Below are positions 1 through 8,661 of a stretch of 64,000 bases of DNA, piece by piece. Each line of letters begins with the position of its first letter. Within the stretch, counting starts at the first letter, position 1. The stretch lies in contig DATNIU010000249.1 of the NCBI GenBank assembly GCA_035604275.1, forward strand, positions 2,587 through 66,586, written 5' to 3'. The translations under genes were made by a program, and so were the position numbers. The notes beneath the pieces were generated by a model that was not told the origin of the DNA, searched no databases, and saw only the letters and a list, made by a program, of their open reading frames with translations. This DNA is from Streptosporangiaceae bacterium. Lineage in GTDB: Bacteria > Actinomycetota > Actinomycetes > Streptosporangiales > Streptosporangiaceae.

Positions 1-1323
1 CCTGGCCGCCGGCGGCAGCGCGGTGAGGTCAGGCGCTAGCCTCGCGCGGTAGGCCTGAGCCAGGATCGAGCCGAGCACGGCGACACCGAGCGCGACCGCG
101 ACCTGCCGTGAGGTGTTGGTGATGGCCGATCCCGCGCCGCCGCGATGCCGCGGCACCACGGACATCACCGACTCGGTCGCCGTCGGCATCACCATCCCGA
201 CCCCGGCGCCCTGAAGCAGGAATATCGCCTCGAGCGCGCCGACCGGCGTTGCCAGGCTGAGCGAGTGATAGCCGATCAGCGCTCCGGTGACGATCAGAAG
301 CCCGGCGGCCGACACGATCTTGGCGCCGAACCGCCGGACCAGGGCGGCGCTCCGGGTCGCCGCGACCAGCTGGCCCGCAGCCACCGGCGTCGTCAGCAGC
401 CCTGCCTGCAGCGGACTGAAGCCGCGCACGTTCTGCAGGTAGAAGCTCATGAAGAAGTACACGCCGGTCATCGCGAAGAAGTTCAGGCCGATCGCCGCGG
501 CGGCGGACGACAGCCGGGGATCGCGGAACAGGCGCACGTCAAGCGACGGGCACTCGGTCCTCGACTCGTGCCAGCAGAAGACGGCCAGCACGGCAAGCCC
601 CCCGGCGATCGGGCCGAGCACGCCGGAGCGCAGCCAGGCGCCGACGTCGCCGCCGCGGATGATCCCGTATACGAGCAGCACAAGCCCGGCGATGGACAGC
701 GCGACTCCCGGATAGTCCAGCCGTCCGGGCGCCGGGCTCTTCGACTCCGGGACGAGCAGGACGATCGCGGTCACTCCGGCGGCCGTGAGCGGCACGTTGA
801 TCAGGAAGACCGAGCCCCACCAGAAGTGATCGAGCAGGAGACCGCCGGTCACCGGGCCGATCGCGATCGCCGCTCCTACCGCGGACGCCCAGATCCCGAT
901 CGCGCGCGGCCGCTCCTTCGGGTCGAAGATGTTGGTGATGATCGACAGTGTCTGCGGCATCACCGCTGCCCCGCCCAGGCCCATCGCAGCGCGCGCCCAG
1001 ATCAGCTCGGCAGGCGTCTGCGCATACGAGGAGAGCAGCGACGCCAGGCCGAAGAGCGTCAGGCCGATGATCAGCATCCGCTTGCGCCCGATCCGGTCGC
1101 CGACCACGCCGAAGGTGAACAGCAGCCCGGCAAAGACCAGCGTGTAGGAGTTGATCGCCCACTCCAGCTGGCTCTGGCTGGCGCCGAGACCCGTTCTCGC
1201 CGGCTCGGAGATCGTCTTGAGCGCCACGTTCAGCACGGTGTTGTCGAGGACGATCGCCGCCAGGCTGATGATCAGCACGGAAAGGACAACCCACCTGCGG
1301 CGGTCGGCCGTGGTCGCGGACAT
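1..1323 (-). CDS. MFS transporter, DHA2 (EmrB/QacA-type) family; 3' end lies outside the window
   Basis: Open at the window edge, so absent from the ORF track. Own reverse translation from ATG 1323 gives MSATTADRRRWVVLSVLIISLAAIVLDNTVLNVALKTI...LEWAINSYTLVFAGLLFTFGVVGDRIGRKRML...GGLLLDHFWWGSVFLINVP. Many TM segments and high GC3. Confidence 0.85.
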   Translation of the reverse strand, partial: MSATTADRRRWVVLSVLIISLAAIVLDNTVLNVALKTISEPARTGLGASQSQLEWAINSYTLVFAGLLFTFGVVGDRIGRKRMLIIGLTLFGLASLLSSYAQTPAELIWARAAMGLGGAAVMPQTLSIITNIFDPKERPRAIGIWASAVGAAIAIGPVTGGLLLDHFWWGSVFLINVPLTAAGVTAIVLLVPESKSPAPGRLDYPGVALSIAGLVLLVYGIIRGGDVGAWLRSGVLGPIAGGLAVLAVFCWHESRTECPSLDVRLFRDPRLSSAAAAIGLNFFAMTGVYFFMSFYLQNVRGFSPLQAGLLTTPVAAGQLVAATRSAALVRRFGAKIVSAAGLLIVTGALIGYHSLSLATPVGALEAIFLLQGAGVGMVMPTATESVMSVVPRHRGGAGSAITNTSRQVAVALGVAVLGSILAQAYRARLAPDLTALPPAAR

Positions 1324-1411
1324 GCGCTCCCCTGGGCTGCCTGGCTGGCCGGCGCATCGCGCCCGGCTCAGGCGGCGCAGCGCGGACGCCGGCCGCCAGC
1401 GGCGTAGATAT

Positions 1412-1434
1412 CGATACGAAACGACATCGTATCG
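1412..1434. promoter_or_regulatory. Inverted repeat CGATACGA-N7-TCGTATCG; candidate operator in the divergent MFS/panB promoter region
   Basis: Read directly. It lies in the only AT-rich patch between the start codons at 1323 (-) and 1549 (+). Confidence 0.3.
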
Positions 1435-1548
1435 TAATCGGTCATTCTTGGCCAGATCGGCATCCGGCCCTACCTGCGACCCGGCGCCGCATGTCATGAT
1501 CGGTGAGTCCGGGGACGCCGTCGGGGCGCCACGAGACATGGAGGATTC

Positions 1549-2424
1549 ATGACGGCAGAAGTAGCTCACCAGGCAGCCGCGACACCGACGCGGACTTCCG
1601 AATCAGAGCCGCTCTACGGTGGCGCGCCGACCCGCCGGGTCACCGTGCGCGACCTCGCCGCGGCGAAGGCGCGGTCCGAGAAGTGGCCGATGCTGACCGC
1701 GTACGACGCGCTGACGGCGCGGATCTTCGATGACGCCGGGATCCCGGTGCTGCTGGTCGGTGACTCGGCGGCGATGGTCATCTACGGCCACGACACCACG
1801 ATCCCGGTAACCGTCGACGAGCTGATCCCGCTCACCGCCGCGGTCGTCCGCGGCACCAGGCGCGCGCTGATCGTCGCGGACCTCCCGTTCGGCTCCTACC
1901 AGACGGGCGCCGCGGCGGCGATGGCGACGGCGACCAGGTTCCTCAAGGAGGCCGGGGCGCACGCGGTCAAGCTGGAAGGCGGCTACCGGGTAGTCAGGCA
2001 GGTCGAGGAACTGGTCGTGGCCGGCATCCCGGTGATGGCCCACCTCGGCCTGACGCCGCAGTCGGTGAACGCGTTCGGCGGCTACCGGGTGCAGGGCCGC
2101 GGCGAGGACGGCGACCGGCTGATGCACGATGCCAAGGCGATGCAGGCGGCCGGCGCGTTCGCGGTCGTCCTCGAGTGCGTCCCCGCCGAGCTCGCCACCC
2201 GGGTCACCGGGGAGCTGACGATCCCCACGATCGGCATCGGCGCGGGTCCCGACTGCGACGCACAGGTCCTCGTCTGGCAGGACATGGCCGGCCTCACGCC
2301 GCGAGCGCCCAAGTTCGCCAAGCGCTACGCGGACGCCGCCACCCTGCTCCGCACCGCCGCCCAGTCCTTCGCCACCGAGGTAACCACCGGCGCCTACCCC
2401 ACCCCCCAATACTCCTACCACTAA
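1549..2424 (+). CDS. panB: 3-methyl-2-oxobutanoate hydroxymethyltransferase (ketopantoate hydroxymethyltransferase)
   Basis: [58 protein letters not shown]...ADLPFGSYQ...VKLEGG, a typical PanB. GGAGG lies upstream of the ATG. Confidence 0.95.
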   Translation: MTAEVAHQAAATPTRTSESEPLYGGAPTRRVTVRDLAAAKARSEKWPMLTAYDALTARIFDDAGIPVLLVGDSAAMVIYGHDTTIPVTVDELIPLTAAVVRGTRRALIVADLPFGSYQTGAAAAMATATRFLKEAGAHAVKLEGGYRVVRQVEELVVAGIPVMAHLGLTPQSVNAFGGYRVQGRGEDGDRLMHDAKAMQAAGAFAVVLECVPAELATRVTGELTIPTIGIGAGPDCDAQVLVWQDMAGLTPRAPKFAKRYADAATLLRTAAQSFATEVTTGAYPTPQYSYH

Positions 2425-2636
2425 CCCCGCCCGCCAGTCACGCCTGGCCCCGACCACTCCCTCCACCCGCGTTCGGCACCCAGTCCAGCCACGACTACGT
2501 TGCTTTCCCCCAACCCGGGAGCGCGGCACTGCCGATGCCGGGGCCAGATCGGGCCGGCGGGCATGGGATCCGGGCGACCGCGTTCCAGCGGCGCCCGGAC
2601 CTCCCATGCCCGCCGGCCCCCGGTGCTGCCCAGATC

Positions 2637-3626
2637 TCAAGCAGTCAGCTTAGGCAACACCTCGCGCCCGAACGCCTCGATCCATTCCCCCTGATTCCGC
2701 CCGACATTATGCAGGTAGACCCGGTCGATACCCAGATCCAGGTAACGCTGGATCTCGGCGCGGTGGGCGTCCAGATCGGCCGAGATCAGCATCCGCCCGG
2801 CGAAGTCCTCCGGCCGGACCAGCCTGGCCATCTGCTCGAAGTCGAACGGCGACTTGATGTCCTGCTTCGGGAACTTCATCCCGCCGTTGGGCCACTCGGT
2901 CACCGCGTTCTCCAGCGCCTGCTCGTCGGTCGGCGCCCAGGACAGGTGCAGCTGCAAGATCTTGGCCTGCGAGCCGGGCTCGCGGCCGGCTTCCCTGGCG
3001 CCGGCGTCGAACCGGTCGAGCAGCGCCGAGATCTTCTCGGCGGGAGCACCGGGCGTGATGATCCCGTCCGCTGTCCGCCCCGCCCGCTTAGCCGTCAGCG
3101 GCCCGGCCGTGGCGACGTAGATCGGCGGCGGCAGATCGGGCAGCGTCCAGAGCCGGCACGTCTCCAGCCTGAAGTGCGTGCCCCGGTGCTTGACGTCCTT
3201 GCCGGTGAACAGCTTCTGGATGATCTCGATGGCCTCCCACATCCGCTCTAGCCGCTCGGGCGCCTCCGGCCAGTAGCCGCCGACGATGTGCTCGTTGAGC
3301 GCCTCGCCCGACCCGAGGCCGAGCCAGTGCCTGCCCGGGTACATCACGGCCAGCGTGGCCGAGGCCTGCGCGACGATCGCCGGATGAAACCGGAAGGACG
3401 GGCAGGTCACGCCCGGCCCCAGGTCGCCTGCCGTGCGCCCGGCGATGGCGGTCAGCACGTTCCAGACGAACGGCGCCTGGCCCTGGCTCGGCACCCATGG
3501 CTGGAAATGGTCGGCGGCCATCACGCCGGTGAAGCCGGCCGCCTCGGCCGCTGCCGAGTAACCGGTGACCTCATTCGGCCCGAACTGCTCAAGCATCGCG
3601 GCGTAGCCGACGTGCGCACGACTCAT
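2637..3626 (-). CDS. LLM-class F420-dependent oxidoreductase, glucose-6-phosphate dehydrogenase (Fgd) family
   Basis: MSRAHVGYAAMLEQFGPNEV...ADHFQPWVPSQGQAPFVWNVL...GLGSGEALNEHIVGGYWPE. Start moved from the track start (3659) to ATG 3626, which is preceded by GGGAGA. Confidence 0.8.
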   Translation of the reverse strand: MSRAHVGYAAMLEQFGPNEVTGYSAAAEAAGFTGVMAADHFQPWVPSQGQAPFVWNVLTAIAGRTAGDLGPGVTCPSFRFHPAIVAQASATLAVMYPGRHWLGLGSGEALNEHIVGGYWPEAPERLERMWEAIEIIQKLFTGKDVKHRGTHFRLETCRLWTLPDLPPPIYVATAGPLTAKRAGRTADGIITPGAPAEKISALLDRFDAGAREAGREPGSQAKILQLHLSWAPTDEQALENAVTEWPNGGMKFPKQDIKSPFDFEQMARLVRPEDFAGRMLISADLDAHRAEIQRYLDLGIDRVYLHNVGRNQGEWIEAFGREVLPKLTA

Positions 3627-3799
3627 CTGCGGTCTCCCAGGATCCGGCGACAATCTCATCCGTAGACTCGCACAGTCGCCGGCCCGGCAGCTCGCCCCCC
3701 GCCGCGGGCGGCCTGGCCGGCGATGTCACTGTCGTTTCCGCCGGCTCGGGTTCGCTCGCTCGGCATGCGATCCGCCGGCCGTTCGGGCAGCATTGCGGT

Positions 3800-4465
3800 A
3801 TGAACACGGCCCAGGTGGAGGCGCTCCGCGCGCTGCTCGCGCCGACCGGCTGGCTGGACCGGACCAGGTACTTCGCCAGGGCGCTGCGAAGCCAGGCGCG
3901 GACGCCGAACGGCTTGCTGATCGTCGGGACGCCGGCCCGGGAGCCATGGCACATGACGGCTCACCTGGCCGACGAAAGCCGCCTGGCCGACCTGCCCGGG
4001 CTGGCGCCGACCCTGGTCAGGTGGGCACCCCCGGCTGGCGCTCCGCCGCACCTGCGCGTGGGCATCGACCGGCTCGAGCGGACCGGCAGGGACGAGACGC
4101 TGCTGGTCGTCAGCGGCGAGGCAGCGCCGGCCGCCCTGCTCGAGCGGATCGCCGATGCCAGGAAGACCGGCGCCGCCATCTTCGCGATCGACCAGGGCGA
4201 TCCCGAGCTGGACGACCTCGCCCACGAGTCGCTGGCCGTGCTGCCCGCCGCCGCCCCGGTCACCTTCGACGGCGCCCAGCACCTGGTCAGTCTCGCGGTC
4301 GGCGAGACGGCCGGGCGCCGCCTGGCAGCATCCGGGCCGGAAGTCGACGCCTGGCAGTCAGCTGAGCTGCGGTCAGATCAGCAGCACGACGAGCCCCGCC
4401 GCCTGCGCCTGCGCAGCCAGCTAGCCAGGCTCCTCGACGCGATCAGCGGCCCCGCGTCAGATTAG
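3800..4465 (+). CDS. Hypothetical protein (weak SIS-like pattern LLVVSGEAAPAALLERIADARKTGAAIFAID)
   Basis: 221-aa ORF with strong GC3 bias and non-repetitive composition. I cannot name a family with confidence. Confidence 0.5.
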   Translation: MNTAQVEALRALLAPTGWLDRTRYFARALRSQARTPNGLLIVGTPAREPWHMTAHLADESRLADLPGLAPTLVRWAPPAGAPPHLRVGIDRLERTGRDETLLVVSGEAAPAALLERIADARKTGAAIFAIDQGDPELDDLAHESLAVLPAAAPVTFDGAQHLVSLAVGETAGRRLAASGPEVDAWQSAELRSDQQHDEPRRLRLRSQLARLLDAISGPASD

Positions 4466-4502
4466 CGGCCGACCTAGCAGATCCTCACCGCGCATTCCAT
4501 TG

Positions 4503-4769
4503 TCAGATTCGATAGGCGTCGCGACGGTGATCTAAGTCGAGAACGTGGACTACCTTCGCGGTCTCGTCGATCGTGTAGCGGATGCGGTAGCTGCCCCGGC
4601 GAGCTCGCCACTGGCCCTCGAATGGCTTGCGCAGCGGCGCGCCGACCTGCCGGGGCCGGGCTGCCAGGGGCCTCTGGATGAATTCGAAGCATGCCCACGC
4701 GACAGCCTCCGGCAGGTTGTCCTGAAGCTGGCGGGCGGCGGACGGGGCGATCACGACCCGGTAGGTCAC
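4503..4769 (-). CDS. Type II toxin, RelE/ParE family
   Basis: MTYRVVIAPSAARQLQDNLPEAV...GSYRIRYTIDETAKVVHVLDLDHRRDAYR. 4-nt overlap with the upstream antitoxin gene. Confidence 0.85.
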   Translation of the reverse strand: MTYRVVIAPSAARQLQDNLPEAVAWACFEFIQRPLAARPRQVGAPLRKPFEGQWRARRGSYRIRYTIDETAKVVHVLDLDHRRDAYRI

Positions 4770-5053
4770 TGCGGGCGCTCACCAAAGCGTTCAGTCAGCG
4801 ACTCTTCCAACTCGGACACGGACCGGCCTTCTCCTCGTTCGATCTCCTGCTGGGCCTGCGCGACGCGGTCCTGCGCGATCGGATCGGCTAGCAGCTCCAG
4901 GGTCGCCTCGATCGATTCCAGGTCATCAGCGGACATCAGGACGATGTACTTGCGGCCGTTTCTGGTTATGTGAACCCGCTCATGGGTGCGGTCGACCTCC
5001 TCGGCGATCTCCGAGAGCCTCGCCTTGACTTCGGACAGCGGCAGGATAGTCAT
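4766..5053 (-). CDS. Type II antitoxin, Phd/YefM family
   Basis: MTILPLSEVKARLSEIAEEVDRTHERVHITRNGRKYIVLMSADDLESIEATLELLAD. Confidence 0.85.
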   Translation of the reverse strand: MTILPLSEVKARLSEIAEEVDRTHERVHITRNGRKYIVLMSADDLESIEATLELLADPIAQDRVAQAQQEIERGEGRSVSELEESLTERFGERPQ

Positions 5054-5304
5054 AGACCAGAATTATAGTCTCCTTTAGCTTGCTTGTCATAGTAGTCACC
5101 GCTGCGCTAGCCCTTGGATGCGCCAAAAGCCCACGGCGCCATGAGGATTCCGCGCCGGGCTTGGCGGCCGACCCGGGGTCCGAACGTGCCTCCTTGCCCG
5201 CACAAGACGCCCGCGTTGATCGGACCCCTCGAGGCAGCGTCCGGCCGTGCTATGGAGCGGGGACACAGGCCGACAGCCGCATCAGCCGAGAAGGACAGGC
5301 GGGA

Positions 5305-5538
5305 ATGTCTGAACTAGCCGTTACCGTCGGCCTTGTGCCCCTGAAGATAAGTGAGATCATCCTTCTGTTAGAGCGGGATGGCTGGAAGCTGAAGCGGGTG
5401 TCTGGCTCGCACCGGCACTACGCTCATCCCGCGAAACCTGGACTGGTTACCGTCGCCGGTAAGCCGGGCGCTACCTTGAAGTCGAAGACCGAATCGAGCA
5501 TCCTGAAGCAAGCGGGCCTGCGAAAGGAGCGGCCATGA
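5305..5538 (+). CDS. hicA: HicA-family toxin (YcfA-like mRNA interferase)
   Basis: ISEIILLLERDGWKLKRVSGSHRHYAHPAKPGLVTVAGKPGATLKSKTESSILKQAGL. Start set to ATG 5305; the track's 5080 start adds a non-homologous Arg/Pro/Ala-rich extension. Confidence 0.85.
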   Translation: MSELAVTVGLVPLKISEIILLLERDGWKLKRVSGSHRHYAHPAKPGLVTVAGKPGATLKSKTESSILKQAGLRKERP

Positions 5539-5762
5539 GGGGCTACGTGGTCGTCTTCGAAGGCGACGACGAATCTGGCTACTCCGCGTACTCTCCCGAC
5601 CTGCCTGGGGTCGTCGCCGCGGGGGCTTCCCGGCAGGAGACCGAGGATCTGATGGTCGAGGCCATGGCCGAGCATATCTTCGTCCTTCGGCAGGCCGGGC
5701 AGCCGGTGCCTGAGCCGTCCGAAGCCGACAGCGTCGTCATGCTCGACCCCGCCGCGGCCTGA
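5535..5762 (+). CDS. hicB: HicB-family antitoxin (N-terminal domain only, no obvious DNA-binding tail)
   Basis: MRGYVVVFEGDDESGYSAYSPDLPGVVAAGASRQETEDLMVEAMAEHI. ATGA overlap with hicA. Confidence 0.8.
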   Translation: MRGYVVVFEGDDESGYSAYSPDLPGVVAAGASRQETEDLMVEAMAEHIFVLRQAGQPVPEPSEADSVVMLDPAAA

Positions 5763-5806
5763 CCTGGTCCGGGCCACCGAGCCGGATGGGCTGGCCCCGG
5801 CAGCTC

Positions 5807-6097
5807 TCAGTCCTGGGCGGTGGGAGCGACGAAGGTGCCCCGGCCTTGCCGGGTGATGATCAGGCCGCGGTCGCGCAGCACCTGCATCGCGTGCCTGACC
5901 GTCTGGTAGGCGACGCCGTATTCCTCGGCCAGGGCGCGCTCGGCGGGCAGCTTGTGGCTGATCTCGCCGACCTCGATCCTGGACGCGATGTCGTTCGCCA
6001 CCTGGATGTAGGCGAAGTCGGGGCCGAGCGGATCTATCGAAGGCACGGGATTCAACGTAGGCAGTCCCCGACCTGCATAAACCTGAGCTAGCACCAA
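5807..6097 (-). CDS. Small GntR-type winged-helix transcriptional regulator (HTH only, no effector domain)
   Basis: YIQVANDIASRIEVGEISHKLPAERALAEEYGVAYQTVRHAMQVLRDRGLIITRQGRGTFV. The exact start is uncertain (the track start is TTG). Confidence 0.7.
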   Translation of the reverse strand: MVLAQVYAGRGLPTLNPVPSIDPLGPDFAYIQVANDIASRIEVGEISHKLPAERALAEEYGVAYQTVRHAMQVLRDRGLIITRQGRGTFVAPTAQD

Positions 6098-6113
6098 GAG
6101 CTACTAGTGCTCT
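6097..6113. promoter_or_regulatory. Inverted repeat AGAGC-N7-GCTCT at the 5' end of the mini-GntR gene; candidate autoregulatory operator
   Basis: Read directly (agagctactagtgctct). Low-GC patch between divergent ORFs. Confidence 0.25.
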
Positions 6114-6125
6114 AGACTCATCGGC

Positions 6126-6350
6126 ATGCCTCTTGAGCGCCTCCTGCGCCTGGCCGGGCACCGGCGGCGATCATGCCCGGCCTGGTGGCCTTACCACAGC
6201 GAGCTTCCGATGTGGGAGGTGCGGATCGGCGCCGACGGCCGGTACGACGCCACCCTGGCTGGCGCCGGCGCGCGGCTCAGCGTGCACGGCGGCGATCCCG
6301 GTGAGCTGCGCGATCACATCCGCCAGACGGTCCTGACGGCGCTGCTGTGA
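6126..6350 (+). CDS. Small hypothetical protein (possibly starting at ATG 6210: MWEVRIGADGRYDATLAGAG...)
   Basis: High GC3 in this frame and divergent from the mini-GntR gene. No recognisable family. Confidence 0.3.
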   Translation: MPLERLLRLAGHRRRSCPAWWPYHSELPMWEVRIGADGRYDATLAGAGARLSVHGGDPGELRDHIRQTVLTALL

Positions 6351-6449
6351 CGCGAGCCCAGGTAGCCGCCCGGCCCTTTTCAGGGCCTGGCTGCCGGCCC
6401 GCCGGGCTGAGGCGTCCCGGTCCGGGCCGGACCCCACGACGGGCAGCGC

Positions 6450-7295
6450 TCAGCCGTCCAGGCTGAGCACCATGGTGGGCCGCTCGATGACGTGGTCGGC
6501 CCGCAGCGGGCGGACCGCGGTGCCGATGGCGAAGAACTCCGTCGTATGCCCGCCCCAGGTGTGCGAGTGCTGGCGGAGCTGGACACCGACGATCCCCTCC
6601 GCGTGCAGCGCCTCGGCTTCGGCCTGCATCCGGCTCATCGCCAGCTCGCGCGCGTCGTACAGGGCCTGGGTGAACTGCTCGATCTCGACGTTCTTGCCGA
6701 CGTTGCCGATGACCTGGCCAAGCCGCTGGTGCGCGATGTGGTAGACGCACGAGCCCATCACCATGCCGAGCGGCGCGTAGCCGGCCCGGATCAGCGTCCA
6801 GAAGTCCTGGCCGGACAGGTCCGAGGTGAACGGCAGGCCTTTGTTGTTGAGCCAGTTGGTCACCCCGCCGCCGGCCGCGTCAGGCTCCGCCTTGACGGCG
6901 GTGCCGACCGCGATGAACTCCGCGATGTCCGCGCCGAATTCCTTCATCTCCACGTCCAGCCGGACGCCGACCACGCCGTCCGCCCTCAGCGTCTTGGCCT
7001 CCACCTCCATCCGGCTCATCGCCAGCTCCCTGGCGTGATACATCGCCTGGGACAGCACGTCAAGCTCCTGGTTCTTGCTCCACCGGCCGATCTGCAGGCC
7101 CACGTGGTAGATCGAGCTGCCGAGCACCAGGCCGAGCGGCCGGAAACCGGCCTCCCGGACCAGCAGGAACTCGTTGACCGACAGGTCCGACGTGAAAATT
7201 GAGCCCGCCCGGCCCGGCGTCAGCTCCGCGAGCCGCCGAATCGCGTCCTGCGGAACTCCCATAGCCCCGAAATCGGCCGACTGCTGCTCGGTCAT
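6450..7295 (-). CDS. Tandem double YbjQ/DUF74 (putative heavy-metal-binding, UPF0145) domain protein
   Basis: Two internal copies: FTSDLSVNEFLLVREAGFRPLGLVLGSSIYHVG...ADGVVGVRLDV...IAVGTAV and FTSDLSGQDFWTLIRAGYAPLGMVMGSCVYHIA...AEGIVGVQL...FAIGTAV. Confidence 0.8.
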   Translation of the reverse strand: MTEQQSADFGAMGVPQDAIRRLAELTPGRAGSIFTSDLSVNEFLLVREAGFRPLGLVLGSSIYHVGLQIGRWSKNQELDVLSQAMYHARELAMSRMEVEAKTLRADGVVGVRLDVEMKEFGADIAEFIAVGTAVKAEPDAAGGGVTNWLNNKGLPFTSDLSGQDFWTLIRAGYAPLGMVMGSCVYHIAHQRLGQVIGNVGKNVEIEQFTQALYDARELAMSRMQAEAEALHAEGIVGVQLRQHSHTWGGHTTEFFAIGTAVRPLRADHVIERPTMVLSLDG

Positions 7296-7344
7296 GCGGC
7301 TCCTCGATGTGCGTTATGCCTGACTGTTCGGGTTTTCTTGTCGT

Positions 7345-8310
7345 TCAGTGGACGCCGGGCACGCCGCCTGGGCCGCCGCCAAGCCGGACCCGCGCGGCCT
7401 GACGGCGCTGCGGGTCGAGCGAGAGCACGGCCAGGCTAGGCCGCTCGGCTGCCCGGCTCGGCCTGGCGAAATGCGTGATCGCGGTCCCGACGATGGTGAC
7501 CTCGACGACATGGTCCCGCCGGCCCTCCTGAGCGGGGCACTCGTGCTCGCTGACCCGCATGTCCATCCGCTGGATCACCACGCCCTCGCCGCCCATCTGC
7601 CGCACGTCGCGCTGGAGCTCGCTCCTGGCGTCGTGCCTGGTCTTGTTCACCAGGTCGGTGTAGCCGGTCACCTCGGTGTTGCCCGTCGTCCACCTGCTCT
7701 GGCCCATGGTCAGCCAGTCGTCGTGCCTCGCGCCGATCGAGATCCCGAGAGCGAGGCTGACCGGCACCGCGCCGTCCATGATCAGCTTGGCGAAGTCCTG
7801 GCCGGAGACATCAGAGGTGAACGGCTGCTTCAGCGGTATGCCGCCCGGAGCGCGGACCGCGGTTCCGATCGCCTTGAACTCCAGCCCTCCGCCGGCGAAC
7901 CGGCCGATGGTCAGCAGCACGCCGACGACGCCATGCCCGCCCAGCTGGGCGCACTCCGCGGACATCCGTCCGAGCGCCGCCCGGCGGGCCGCGTACATGG
8001 TCTGCACCAGCGGCGCGTAGGTGGACGCCCGGCCCGTGCTCGACACCGCCGTCGTGCCCTGCTGCCAGCGCGGCTGCATCCGGCTGAAGCTCCCGAACGA
8101 CCCGTAGCTCGGGCAGCCGTAGCCGCCGCGGAAGCCGAGGTTGTAGACCGCCGCGCCGAGCACCTGGCCGACCGGCTCGAAGCCGACGCTCTTGATCGCG
8201 GCGAACTCGTCGGTGCTCAGCGCGGAGCCCCAGGTGCCGCTGGCCCTGATCTCGGCCATCCGCGCCTGTGCCGCCGGGGGAAGTCCCTGGCCGGACCATT
8301 GCGATGTCAC
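7345..8310 (-). CDS. Tandem double YbjQ/DUF74 domain protein, paralogue of 6450-7295 with a Gly/Ser-rich insertion
   Basis: STDEFAAIKSVGFEPVGQVLGAAVYNLG...GHGVVGVLL...KAIGTAV and FTSDVSGQDFAKLIMDGAVPVSLALGISIG...GEGVVIQRMD...VGTAI. Confidence 0.75.
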   Translation of the reverse strand: MTSQWSGQGLPPAAQARMAEIRASGTWGSALSTDEFAAIKSVGFEPVGQVLGAAVYNLGFRGGYGCPSYGSFGSFSRMQPRWQQGTTAVSSTGRASTYAPLVQTMYAARRAALGRMSAECAQLGGHGVVGVLLTIGRFAGGGLEFKAIGTAVRAPGGIPLKQPFTSDVSGQDFAKLIMDGAVPVSLALGISIGARHDDWLTMGQSRWTTGNTEVTGYTDLVNKTRHDARSELQRDVRQMGGEGVVIQRMDMRVSEHECPAQEGRRDHVVEVTIVGTAITHFARPSRAAERPSLAVLSLDPQRRQAARVRLGGGPGGVPGVH

Positions 8311-8335
8311 AGTAAGCGCCTTTCGGCCTGGCTAG

Positions 8336-8417
8336 CCGTTCTCCGGCCGCCCGTTCTCCGGCCGCCGCCCGTTCGCCGGCCGGGCGCCGGCTCGGTCGGC
8401 AGCCCGGTCGGCAGCCC
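8336..8417. repeat. Tandem repeats in the leader of the YbjQ-like gene: CCGTTCTCCGGCCGC x2 plus a degenerate third copy, then GGTCGGCAGCCC x2
   Basis: Read directly from the sequence. Confidence 0.85.
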
Positions 8418-8464
8418 GCCGGGCCGGTGCGGCCTGACCCGATTATGCCTCAGGTAGCTGACCG

Positions 8465-8641
8465 TCAGTCGCCGCCGCCCTTGGCATCCCATTCCTCGTT
8501 GCGGCGCCGCACGGTTTCCAGCGCGTCGGCCGCCGCCTGCCGGGTCGGAAACGGGCCAAGCCGATCCTTGCCAGGGCAGCCCGCGTCCGGTTCCACGGTT
8601 CTGTGCCTGAGGCAGAACCACCAGTGCTGCTCAGTGTCCAT
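8465..8641 (-). CDS. Small (58 aa) Cys-containing protein, below the ORF-track length cut-off
   Basis: Own translation: MDTEQHWWFCLRHRTVEPDAGCPGKDRLGPFPTRQAAADALETVRRRNEEWDAKGGGD. About 83% GC3 and balanced composition. The overlapping listed ORF 8443-8646 is Arg/Pro/Ala-rich junk. Confidence 0.55.
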   Translation of the reverse strand: MDTEQHWWFCLRHRTVEPDAGCPGKDRLGPFPTRQAAADALETVRRRNEEWDAKGGGD

Positions 8642-8661
8642 GACAACTAGACTCCCAGATC

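Noticed and set aside
145-1407. 420-aa plus-strand ORF, and the 272-aa minus-strand ORF at 539-1357.
   Set aside because: Both are Arg/Pro/Gly-rich with no family resemblance. The real gene is the edge-truncated MFS transporter in another minus-strand frame (1-1323).
8443-8646. Listed 67-aa minus-strand ORF in the region between the YbjQ-like gene and map.
   Set aside because: Its composition is poor (Arg/Ala/Pro/Gly-rich). A different frame gives a compact, balanced 58-aa ORF (8465-8641) with higher GC3.
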